Source of the DNA: Candidatus Latescibacterota bacterium
GTDB taxonomy: Bacteria > Latescibacterota > CBDEFO01
Direction of reading: 5' to 3'
Assembly: GCA_965237525.1 (NCBI GenBank)
Contig: CBDEFO010000008.1
Location: forward strand, 640,001 to 704,000
Length of the DNA: 64,000 bases
This document shows, in pieces, positions 7,538 to 16,230 of the stretch. The position numbers and the translations under genes were made by a program. Under the pieces are notes generated by a model. The model saw nothing but the letters and a program-made list of their open reading frames with translations. It had not been told where the DNA came from and did no database searches. Position 1 is the stretch's first letter. Every line of letters starts with the position of its first letter.

Positions 7538-10510
7538 TTATGAGGATACGTCGCCTGCGCCCAGGCGCCAGAAATTCTTTCTTATGCCTGTAAGCTGCTC
7601 TTTGGGCGTAAAGCCGCGCTCAAAATCCAGATCGATCCCGGAAAGTCCGCTCGCACTTAAACTTATATCCACAAAGCTTGTGACCCTCCTTTCGAATCTG
7701 CCTCTTGTGCTATCATCCGACTCTGAAATCGCCACTTGCTTGACTCCACTGGGGACAAAATCACCCAAAATTGTCGCCTTTAAGAGCGCTTTCTTGTCCC
7801 TTTTCCCATCTCTCTTGTCCATACCAGAAGGACCCTTAATCTCAGCATCCCGTGTGATCATGGAGTAAAACCCGAAATCCACGATGTAGCAGCCGTACTC
7901 AGGATCTCTGCTCTTGTGCTCTCCGAAGAAAAGACATCCCTTGCTATAATACTTTTTAGCACTATTCACACTGATAGCCTTATCCTTTATACCTTTGCGA
8001 TCTATAATGACCGCCTCTATGATCTCCTGATTGTCCAGAGGGGAAAATATCTCTGTGAAGGACCTGTGCAAATCGGATATTTTTCGCATGAAATCGCTTA
8101 TGGGGATGCTATCTTTGCCCTTTTTCTTGTTCTCTTCGTCCCATCTTTTCAGAACGTAAAGCCCCAATATCCACAGCAAGAGCAAAACAGAGATAGATAC
8201 ATATAGATTCTCTCTGGCATACCCTATGGAATGAGACAATATATAGTTCAGCTTATCTCTGATAAAGTCGTTGTAGACCGCTCTAATGCGATTAAACAGG
8301 ATCATCCACGGCCCTTCCTTTGTGCGGATACCCGAAGCGTCAAATATCCTCCATCCCATCCCCGGTATGTAAGCCTCTATCCATCCGTGTCCCGGAGGAG
8401 ACGCAGTGCCGGGTTTTGTCCTATACCCCACCACCAGACGGGTCGGAATCTCAAATTGATCCCGCACTATCGCTGCTAAAACAGTGTTGGCGACATCGCA
8501 GTCTCCCACCATGTACTTCAGTGCCGTATCTACGATATTCATCTGGCTGTTTTTGAAGACCCTGGATGTTCTCCTGCTGGTGCTGTACAACATGGTATTT
8601 TTGAGATAATCTTCCACCGCCTCCACCTGCGTTTCAGAATCCAGGCCGTAAAGGGAATTAAGACCGTTGAATATCTCTGCAGGATAAGCGATGTCAAAGG
8701 GCACCTGCGTATATTTGTGAAATTGGGCCTCGGTCAACTCCTCGGGCTCATAGATCCTGTCCCCATTCCCGTCCTGCGTGAGGACATTGTATCTAACCTG
8801 CCCGTCGAATTTTCTCCCCACCTCTACAGTCATCTCGCCTAGTTTGTTTACGTAAATTTCATCTATTTGGCTGTCGTTAAGACCAAACCATAAGGCGGTG
8901 GAATTAAAGGGCATCAGGACGACGATTTTTCCTTTTCTGGACTGAACTTTCCATTCGAACTCGAAATTCCTCCCCCGATTCTCCACATTCGGCCTTTGTG
9001 GCATTTCCAAAAGGGGCGAGTCTGTGCTACTTATACGATGGAACCTTTCTCTGCTTTTGGCCCAAGTTCCGTCCGGCAGCAGAATATCATATACCCCGGA
9101 CTTGAGATAGAGAACTTTTTTCGGTGTAAAATGAAGAAATGGAGGCGCGCCGTCCACAGCCCAAGAAATGCGGGGCTTGTGAATGGTGCTCGATGCATTT
9201 CCGTCTAACTCCGATTCTGCCACCTTGCTCCTGGACGACCCAAGTTTCATCTGGATTGAGTGAGCAATCGGATACAATCCCAGCGTCAAAATAGTTATCA
9301 ATATAAAGGGAAAAAAGAAAAAGGAGTTAAACGTCCTGACGTTCCTGTTCTGTAATATATCCCTTATCACCCTTCCAAAGGAGGGTCTGTATCTTTTCAA
9401 AAATCTCCACTCGTAAGCGTTGACAGAGGAGATATTCTCCTTCAAATAATAGTAAAAGCCCGTCTTTATGCCGTCCATCTTTCCGGTTATCGACTCCTCC
9501 AGATCCCCGGGGATGTTCTCCCTTGTCCTTGGGAGCAAAACGTTTGAAGGGAGTGCGAACGTGCTCTGAGTCATCCCATCGCGGCTCGGTCTTTTAAATC
9601 CGACCCAGCCTCCCTGAAGGAATACCTCTTCGGCAGAGGAGCGGTCCACAGCCCGTAAAGAGACGTCGACGGAGATCTTTCTATCTTCATAGTCGTATTC
9701 CTCTTTGGTTCTGTACGTCTTAATCCTTCCGCCCTTTGTCTCAGAATTGCCTGAGACGGGCTCTCCATTGACGGTCAAAAGATATTTACCTTCAGTCTGA
9801 TATGTCCCCACCTTGGAGAAGAAATCGGTAGGGTTGGCTGAATTTAAAACCAGCCCTTTAAGTGTGATCTTGGTTCCCTCAAATATGTCGCTCTTTTCGC
9901 CGATCCTCAGCGTATATCTATTCGGGCTTGCAGGCGACGATGGTCGATTGGAATATTCCCCATCTTTCCATGCGCGCGTCAGACCTCCATGTGATTCTAT
10001 CGTCACTTCGTGGCTGTACTCCAGGGCGGGCTTGAAGCCGATGCCGTGACCTCCATATTGATTCTCCTTTCCCATCTTTGTGGTATCGCCTATGGAAAGA
10101 AGCTTGAAAAGAACGTCGTGGAGGATCATCCCCAGAGCCCAATCCCTTATTGACACGTCGAATAGGTTGGGGCCATTCTGCTCCCAGCTTACCTCTATTC
10201 TTAACGGATACTCTATATGACCTCCGCTCTCTAAAAGATGAGTGGTCAGATCGTCGTACGCGTCCGTCACGTTCTGACATCCTATCTCTCTTAGAACCCT
10301 CTCCCCATCCAAGAGCTGATGCCTGACAATGTGGTCAATTCTCTTTCTGATGTTCTCTAAATTTGCTCTTTGCCCGGCCCTTTTCAATATCCATCCGATC
10401 CGGTCCAGGTCCAAATTTCCCACTGCTATCTCCCTGGAAAATGCCTCGACAAGCTTCGGATCGCACCTGACCGCTTCCAAAAGAGCGTATTCAAACTCTA
10501 TAAAATCCAT
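7538..10510 (-). CDS. Membrane protein: GHKL (Hsp90-like) ATPase + TM + transglutaminase-like domain + TM
   Basis: GHKL motifs 'LREIGCQNVTDA', 'IRDWALGM', 'GGHGIGF', 'GTKITL'; TM 'FFFPFILITILTLGLYPIA'; transglutaminase 'GDCD...IPTRLVVGY...HGWIEAYIPGMGWRIFDA'; TM 'ISVLLLLWILGLYVL'. Confidence 0.8.
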   Translation of the reverse strand: MDFIEFEYALLEAVRCDPKLVEAFSREIAVGNLDLDRIGWILKRAGQRANLENIRKRIDHIVRHQLLDGERVLREIGCQNVTDAYDDLTTHLLESGGHIEYPLRIEVSWEQNGPNLFDVSIRDWALGMILHDVLFKLLSIGDTTKMGKENQYGGHGIGFKPALEYSHEVTIESHGGLTRAWKDGEYSNRPSSPASPNRYTLRIGEKSDIFEGTKITLKGLVLNSANPTDFFSKVGTYQTEGKYLLTVNGEPVSGNSETKGGRIKTYRTKEEYDYEDRKISVDVSLRAVDRSSAEEVFLQGGWVGFKRPSRDGMTQSTFALPSNVLLPRTRENIPGDLEESITGKMDGIKTGFYYYLKENISSVNAYEWRFLKRYRPSFGRVIRDILQNRNVRTFNSFFFFPFILITILTLGLYPIAHSIQMKLGSSRSKVAESELDGNASSTIHKPRISWAVDGAPPFLHFTPKKVLYLKSGVYDILLPDGTWAKSRERFHRISSTDSPLLEMPQRPNVENRGRNFEFEWKVQSRKGKIVVLMPFNSTALWFGLNDSQIDEIYVNKLGEMTVEVGRKFDGQVRYNVLTQDGNGDRIYEPEELTEAQFHKYTQVPFDIAYPAEIFNGLNSLYGLDSETQVEAVEDYLKNTMLYSTSRRTSRVFKNSQMNIVDTALKYMVGDCDVANTVLAAIVRDQFEIPTRLVVGYRTKPGTASPPGHGWIEAYIPGMGWRIFDASGIRTKEGPWMILFNRIRAVYNDFIRDKLNYILSHSIGYARENLYVSISVLLLLWILGLYVLKRWDEENKKKGKDSIPISDFMRKISDLHRSFTEIFSPLDNQEIIEAVIIDRKGIKDKAISVNSAKKYYSKGCLFFGEHKSRDPEYGCYIVDFGFYSMITRDAEIKGPSGMDKRDGKRDKKALLKATILGDFVPSGVKQVAISESDDSTRGRFERRVTSFVDISLSASGLSGIDLDFERGFTPKEQLTGIRKNFWRLGAGDVSS

Positions 10511-12930
10511 TGTGACTTACTTGTGTTTAATATCTTGTATGTCCCTCTTAGATACGCCAGCGAAATTCCGTCATCAGTAGTCCGGAAGACCCTGTGATTT
10601 AAGTTTACTATCAGATGTTTTTTCCCCTTCATCGTCCACAGCACAAAGGGCAGTGGAGCATCTCCATTTAGATGATTTATTGGAAAGACCTCAATGCCTC
10701 CAGCTTCCACCTCTTTGAAGAATTTGCTGAACGAACCGTGCCAACGGGAACTCTTTGACCCGCCTGTTGTGGACGATCCACTATCTATCCCGTTTTGATA
10801 TAGGAAGCTACCGATATCTAAAAGGTGAGGGCTTACCTCAATCCCTGGGAAACGGCTCACATCTATAAGGTAACACCCCTTCAAAAAGAGCAATATATTC
10901 TTGTCTAACTCCGCGTCGAAGGATACTATGTCTCCCCCTTGATCAAGCTGGCTGTAGCTTTTGTGCAGGCGCAACAGTCCTGTTATCTCCTCCTTCGACG
11001 CCCGTCTGTAGAAGTCCTCAAAAAGACCTCTATCCTGAAGGAAGTTATAAAGTACCGATTCGAACTTTCGGAGCTGTTCCTTCTTGGAAAATTCCTCCCT
11101 TATATACTCAAGATAAGGGATCACTCCTCCTTTGACAAGGTTGTAATTATAGTAAGACACCGCTTGGCTCTTTACGAAGTGATCCCTTCCCTCCACAGGG
11201 TCCAGGACAACAGGATAGTTTACCACAAGGTTGAAGGGTCTCGACTCGGAATGAAAGAATATGTCCCCCGAAAGAACCCTGAATTCTCCCATGTCTCCTT
11301 GCGTCCGGTAATCTATCCCCGCCTGAATTGTACCTCTTTCTGTCCCTATTTGATACACCTTTGTAAGTCTTGTGAACCTGTAAGGATTCTGTTTGTTGAT
11401 CCTTTTCCTTCCGATGTAGACCTGCATCTCGGATTTGGATATGTTCTCAAGGTAGAGTTTAACTACGGTCTCCCTTTTCCTGTTTAATTCTCGGAGGCGG
11501 TTCCCCTTGAATACAAGTCCTTTCACAGCTCCGTATTCGCTCCTATCGCCGTAGAACATGTTCACCGTTACGCCTCTTTTTTTCCTTGAAGCCTTGGAAA
11601 ACCCTATAAACAGCTCCCCATCCTTCAGAGAATATCTGTTTCGGTATGTCTTATCTCTTTGCAGTGGAGATTCCGATTTTGAAATGACTATCACCTCTCC
11701 TCTTCCCTCCAACACCTCAACGAGCTTGGCTTTGCTGCCTATCCCCAGACGTCCTCTGCTGGTTACCACTCCTTTTTCGTTCAGTTTTTTCGACTCGTTA
11801 AAGAGCGGATACGTCCCGAACAGAAACTGCGGCTCCATAGCCAGCCCATCGTCTTCTATTGAGCAGCCGTTGTAGCAAAATTTGAAGACTACTTTAGACG
11901 ACTTGTGATCTAAACTGTTCTGTCCCTCTTCGGCCAAGTACCTTATGTGTAGAGGAAATTGATACTTTATCGAATCCTTCGTGTTGGACGATATTTCTCC
12001 TGAGGAGAAATCTATCTCCTCAAACGACAGCCGGTTGAAATGGATGAGGCTATAGACCAACTGAACTTTCCTTTTCAACTTATCCTCACCTTCTCCCTCG
12101 GGATAGAGCAAGTTCACAGAATCGTCCAGCCAGGAAAGCTCCTTAAGTTCCTCCTTCAAATCCATATCAAAGGAAAAAGTCTGAGAATCTATGTAAGCTA
12201 CAACCTCAGGCACTCGTATTTGATCTATCTTCTGCTTGTAGTGCAGATCCAATCGTTCAAATACCGCCTCTAATCTTGAGAAACTCCTGCTTACGTATTC
12301 CCGCAATATTTCAGCAGTTCTCCTCCAGGACCCCCGAGAGGTTATCTTATAATCTCTGTCAAACGGGAAGTCCTCCACAAGACTTTTGAACTCTAAGAAC
12401 TCATCAGAAGCAGAATCGTTCCGCTCTGAAATCAGATTCTTGAGCATAACGAACGACTCGTTGACGAGCGTTCTCTTGAAAGAGTCGTCTTCGAGTCTCC
12501 TGTAGCTCTCCTCTATCTTGCTGAGCTTTATATACGCCTCGCGCCTTAGATTGTCCCCTATATCGTGCACGTTGGACTTGCACATATATAGAGGAATAGA
12601 GCCTTCGGCATAGTTCCTATCCAGCCTCAGCAGTGACTCCAGGCGATTCCTGAAGTGGAGGAGAGACAGATGTCTCTTAAATTCCTCTCCCCATTTCAAG
12701 CTCAGCTCTCCGAGATCCTCATCCAGAATCTTAACCACAAGGTCGATGAACCTGGCGTAATCGTCCTTTCTGGCCTGAGAGAAGGTGAGCATCTCCTCCA
12801 GGGAAATCTCTATTTCCAACAAATCTCCGTCACGGAGTGGTCGCACGCGGAGTGTACGTCGCACCACCTCTCTTTCCAGATAGGGAGTTCTGGTTATAAA
12901 GTCAGCAGCTTTTTCTATAGCTTTCCTCAT
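10498..12930 (-). CDS. Large soluble protein with divergent GHKL/Hsp90-like ATPase domain
   Basis: 'SIEDDGLAM' (DxGxGM-like), 'RGRLGIGSK' (GxxGxG), 'RGVTV'; Hsp90-like 'LDPVEGRD' and C-terminal 'LIVNLNHRV'; no clear ExxxN motif. Confidence 0.65.
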   Translation of the reverse strand: MRKAIEKAADFITRTPYLEREVVRRTLRVRPLRDGDLLEIEISLEEMLTFSQARKDDYARFIDLVVKILDEDLGELSLKWGEEFKRHLSLLHFRNRLESLLRLDRNYAEGSIPLYMCKSNVHDIGDNLRREAYIKLSKIEESYRRLEDDSFKRTLVNESFVMLKNLISERNDSASDEFLEFKSLVEDFPFDRDYKITSRGSWRRTAEILREYVSRSFSRLEAVFERLDLHYKQKIDQIRVPEVVAYIDSQTFSFDMDLKEELKELSWLDDSVNLLYPEGEGEDKLKRKVQLVYSLIHFNRLSFEEIDFSSGEISSNTKDSIKYQFPLHIRYLAEEGQNSLDHKSSKVVFKFCYNGCSIEDDGLAMEPQFLFGTYPLFNESKKLNEKGVVTSRGRLGIGSKAKLVEVLEGRGEVIVISKSESPLQRDKTYRNRYSLKDGELFIGFSKASRKKRGVTVNMFYGDRSEYGAVKGLVFKGNRLRELNRKRETVVKLYLENISKSEMQVYIGRKRINKQNPYRFTRLTKVYQIGTERGTIQAGIDYRTQGDMGEFRVLSGDIFFHSESRPFNLVVNYPVVLDPVEGRDHFVKSQAVSYYNYNLVKGGVIPYLEYIREEFSKKEQLRKFESVLYNFLQDRGLFEDFYRRASKEEITGLLRLHKSYSQLDQGGDIVSFDAELDKNILLFLKGCYLIDVSRFPGIEVSPHLLDIGSFLYQNGIDSGSSTTGGSKSSRWHGSFSKFFKEVEAGGIEVFPINHLNGDAPLPFVLWTMKGKKHLIVNLNHRVFRTTDDGISLAYLRGTYKILNTSKSQWIL

Positions 12931-12959
12931 AATCCTGTGCCGTAAGTTATTTCTTCAAA

Positions 12960-13487
12960 TTACCAGCCTGAGGCAGTGCGGTCTATGATATCCTTGGCTA
13001 ACATCTCCATAGCAGCCAATTTCCCCTCTTCCCTTTCATCTTCGCTATCACCCGACTCGGCGCTGTACGTCCCCCATCCCTCCAGGACCTCTTCCTCCCA
13101 GAGCACTTTGTCCTTCTTCTCGTCGAAATAGGAGATCTGGGCAAAGATGCGAATCCTGAAACTTTGAGCCTCTTCCTTTGCGCTGTAGGTAAACGGCTCA
13201 TCTTTTATCCTCAGCACTACCCCCCGTATTATCGAATCGGCTCTATCTTCGTCTACGACCCTAAGACTGCCATCATCCACCAGACCGTCAATCACCACAT
13301 CTGTCAACTGTTCTATTACACCGTACTCAACGCTCTGGTCATCTGAGATCTCAAAGAGCGGCACCGCCACCGTCTTGATGTGAGCGTAGGAAGAACTGGA
13401 CATCGAATAGATTCCGCACGCTGAAAGGACACAAAGGACAGTAGACAGTAGACAGTAGAGGTTATTTATCAAATGAAATCGGTGCAC
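12960..13487 (-). CDS. lptE: LptE-family lipoprotein; original 5' end (ATG at 14792) displaced by an IS
   Basis: Lipobox 'LSAC'; 'HIKTVAVPLF', 'LTDVVI', 'ADSIIRG', 'LAKDIIDRTASGW' match the LptE-family pattern. Confidence 0.75.
   Translation of the reverse strand: MHRFHLINNLYCLLSTVLCVLSACGIYSMSSSSYAHIKTVAVPLFEISDDQSVEYGVIEQLTDVVIDGLVDDGSLRVVDEDRADSIIRGVVLRIKDEPFTYSAKEEAQSFRIRIFAQISYFDEKKDKVLWEEEVLEGWGTYSAESGDSEDEREEGKLAAMEMLAKDIIDRTASGW
13440..13459. repeat. AGTAGAC tandem heptamer array, split by the IS and continuing at 14762-14775
   Basis: Removing the IS and one TSD copy leaves (AGTAGAC)x4. Confidence 0.9.
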
Positions 13488-14761
13488 TTCTCTTTCGATC
13501 TTTGATTGATCTTGAATGATAGGTTTTCGACAATCTTTGGTTTCTGTTCTTTTTCAAAATGGATGTATAATTGTTCTTCTTTTAGGTTCCATTCAGCCAG
13601 GACAAAGTAGTTGGTGTAAGAGGAGGGAAGAGATACTTTCTCATTTAGGACATCGATAAAGGCTTTATCTGTCTGTTCTGTGTCCTGTTTGACTTGTCTG
13701 ATAAAATAGGTCTTGGGAATGAAATCTTTCTCGTTTGACTTCTCTTGCTTAGGTGGACGGTAGCCGGTGTATCTCTGTGATGAAAGATTAAACCATTCTA
13801 ACTTCTGATCAACTTCTTGTAAGCTTTTGAACTGAATTCTGTTCCAGAACTTCCTTGAAAATACAGAATTGTTGCCTTCTATAGATGCTTGAGAAAAGGG
13901 CCTTCTGGGAACGGCAAATATCGGAATCACTTGATTTTTCAAGAGAAACTGCATTGCTTTGCTGACATTCCTTTTACCTGAAACACTGCCAATAGTCGCC
14001 GAGCAATTGTCCACCTTAACGAAATCTGGTTTTTCAAACCTGTCAAAGAAAGACTGACACTTCTCGATAAAGTTAGTTGCTGTTTGACCGTCAACCCGCC
14101 GAAAATACCTTAACTTAGGCTCTTTCTTAAAGGAAAATCCAACGAAGTTGACCGGCTCAGTTCTGCCGGTAAGATACTTTTTACCAATAAAGTCTGATTC
14201 TAGGACTCTGCCTCCTGAAAGATAGTAAATGGTATACTCTGGATAACAAAGATAACGAGATGCACCCTTGTTTTTACCTTTCTTCCTTCTCTGGGAAAGT
14301 CCTAAATCTGAAAGCATTCTGCCGATAGTCGGCAACGACGGAGGAGGGGTGCTAGAATATCGATTCCTCCATTCTTGTTCAATAACAGTGGCTCCTGAAT
14401 AGAACTGATAAGGATCGTCCTCTAAGCTATGGTAAATCTCTTTGATTCTCTGTTCGTCAACTTTAGCCAATTTTCGCCTTTTTCCTTTTGGCCAACCCCG
14501 ATTATCTATGGCAAAATCCTGATCCAGAGATTTAGTCCAAGCCGTAACGAAATCATTGGAAACTCTCGCTTGTTTGATAACTTCTCGCTTTGACATTTCT
14601 TTCTTAAAATACATCTCGTTGACTTCTTGTCTTAATACGGCCAATCTCTCTTTGTCCATAGGACTCCGTAGATTAAAGTTAAGACAATCAACTCAACTTA
14701 ATCTACTAATACTCTAAACAAAGATCAAATTAGGTGCACCGATTTCATTTGATATTCAACC
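13460..14761 (-). mobile_element. Complete 1302-bp insertion sequence (DDE/rve-like transposase; family uncertain, IS481-like)
   Basis: 28-bp terminal inverted repeats at 13460-13487 and 14734-14761 (25/28 identical); 6-bp target duplication AGTAGA at 13454-13459 and 14762-14767. Confidence 0.93.
13469..14659 (-). CDS. Transposase (HTH + integrase-like DDE core)
   Basis: Putative D-D-E in 'ESDFIG', 'VKVDN', 'PFSQASIEG'; bounded by TIRs; stop codon inside the TIR. Confidence 0.88.
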   Translation of the reverse strand: MDKERLAVLRQEVNEMYFKKEMSKREVIKQARVSNDFVTAWTKSLDQDFAIDNRGWPKGKRRKLAKVDEQRIKEIYHSLEDDPYQFYSGATVIEQEWRNRYSSTPPPSLPTIGRMLSDLGLSQRRKKGKNKGASRYLCYPEYTIYYLSGGRVLESDFIGKKYLTGRTEPVNFVGFSFKKEPKLRYFRRVDGQTATNFIEKCQSFFDRFEKPDFVKVDNCSATIGSVSGKRNVSKAMQFLLKNQVIPIFAVPRRPFSQASIEGNNSVFSRKFWNRIQFKSLQEVDQKLEWFNLSSQRYTGYRPPKQEKSNEKDFIPKTYFIRQVKQDTEQTDKAFIDVLNEKVSLPSSYTNYFVLAEWNLKEEQLYIHFEKEQKPKIVENLSFKINQRSKEKCTDFI

Positions 14762-14905
14762 AGTAGACAGTAGACAGGGCAATCCTACCCATCCCTGTTT
14801 TAGGAGCAGTAGACAGTAAATAGCATGTAGAGGCGAAGTTACCTCGCCCAAAAGACAGGACATCCCTACCCAGTAAAAGTTTTGGGGTAAACTTTCGCAC
14901 GGGGT

Positions 14906-15334
14906 TTAAGCCTCCTGTCCCATGCTCTTGACTCTATCACCTACAGCCACAGGCTTGAGTTTGGGCCTTCCTGACATGTCCTGCGCATTAACGCTAAGTT
15001 CTTCTACGCCCTCTCCTCCACCGTGGGGTCCTTTTGAGATCTCCATCATCACAGAACTCAAGGGACGCCATCCCGAGCTGCCTGAACTTTCCTCGGAAGC
15101 TTCCCTAGGAGGAGGATTCGCCGTACACATCTTCTCCTGCGTGTTTGTAACCATTACCTGCCCCTTGATGATCTCCCACTTTCCCAGGGACTCTCCAGTA
15201 TCGGGATCTTTTACTTCATCTCCCTCGTCCAGGACGGCAAAGACCGTGCCGTCTTTGACCCCGTCTTCGGATCCTACGCTCAATATTAGCGTCCTGCTGT
15301 CGATTATTTTGGCTATCTTTCCCTCTATTGCCAT
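14906..15334 (-). CDS. Hypothetical protein resembling FlgT C-terminal-like beta domain
   Basis: 'EGKIAKII...LILSVGSEDGVKDGTVFAV...EVKDPDTGESLG'; AGGAG RBS. Confidence 0.6.
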   Translation of the reverse strand: MAIEGKIAKIIDSRTLILSVGSEDGVKDGTVFAVLDEGDEVKDPDTGESLGKWEIIKGQVMVTNTQEKMCTANPPPREASEESSGSSGWRPLSSVMMEISKGPHGGGEGVEELSVNAQDMSGRPKLKPVAVGDRVKSMGQEA

Positions 15335-15378
15335 ACCTTTTCTCCTGTGTCTTTTGTAGGTAAGTTCCTATTTTATCA

Positions 15379-15981
15379 TTACTTCTTACAGTTTCTTGAA
15401 TTCTCTACCAGTTCATTTATCTCATCATGCCTGAAGCAATCAACAGCATGATCATTTACCATGCCTACTGATTGCATAAACGCATAGCATATTGTGGCCC
15501 CAACGAATTTAAAACCTCGTATTTTCAGGTCTTTGCTCATGGCATCAGATTCCACGGTCTTATCAGGTATGTCCGAAAGTGATTTGAACTCATTTCTTAT
15601 GGGTTGATAGTTGACAAATTTCCAAAGATATTTGTCAAAAGCACCAAATTCCTTTTGAATATCCAGGAAAAGTTGAGCATTACGAACTGTAGAGCCAACT
15701 TTTAACCTGTTGCGAATAATTCCTTTATCATGTAGTAATCGTGTAACATCGTTCTCGGTATACTGTGAAACAAGAGCAGGATCAAAATTATCAAATGCTT
15801 TACGATAAGTTTCTCTTCTCTTAAGAATAGTTGACCACGTCAAGCCTGCTTGGGCCCCTTCTAAAGTCATCATCTCAAACAACATCCTATCATCGTGCAC
15901 AGGCACCCCCCACTCCAGATCGTGATATTCGATCATTAACGGATCACTACCTGTCCAAGAACATCTTTTTTCCTCTGTCAC
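15379..15981 (-). CDS. tag: DNA-3-methyladenine glycosylase I
   Basis: 'RCSW...YHDLEWGVP', 'LEGAQAGLTW', 'IIRNRLK', 'GFKFVG', 'GMVNDH...C'; likely GTG start at 15981. Confidence 0.97.
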   Translation of the reverse strand: MTEEKRCSWTGSDPLMIEYHDLEWGVPVHDDRMLFEMMTLEGAQAGLTWSTILKRRETYRKAFDNFDPALVSQYTENDVTRLLHDKGIIRNRLKVGSTVRNAQLFLDIQKEFGAFDKYLWKFVNYQPIRNEFKSLSDIPDKTVESDAMSKDLKIRGFKFVGATICYAFMQSVGMVNDHAVDCFRHDEINELVENSRNCKK

Positions 15982-16230
15982 CCTTTTATCCTTGCGTCTT
16001 CGTTCGATCTTCAAATCTCTTCGATGTTCTACCACTGACGCAGAGAAGCCGAACTGCCTCTGTGGACTATCGTTCCTTCTGTCTGCACAGTCTTTCTCCT
16101 GTTCTCTGTAGACATGGAGGAGAAGGTCTACTCTGTCTAATGTCTACCAGATTGTTTGGCTTTGACCTTTACTCCTTGCGAGGTGTCAAACCGCTAGGCT
16201 AGCTCATTGTCTAATTCTACTTTTTGACGG

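Noticed and set aside
16040..16225. Hairpins upstream of tag as a riboswitch
   Set aside because: Only generic stems and heptamer-like fragments; no recognisable aptamer
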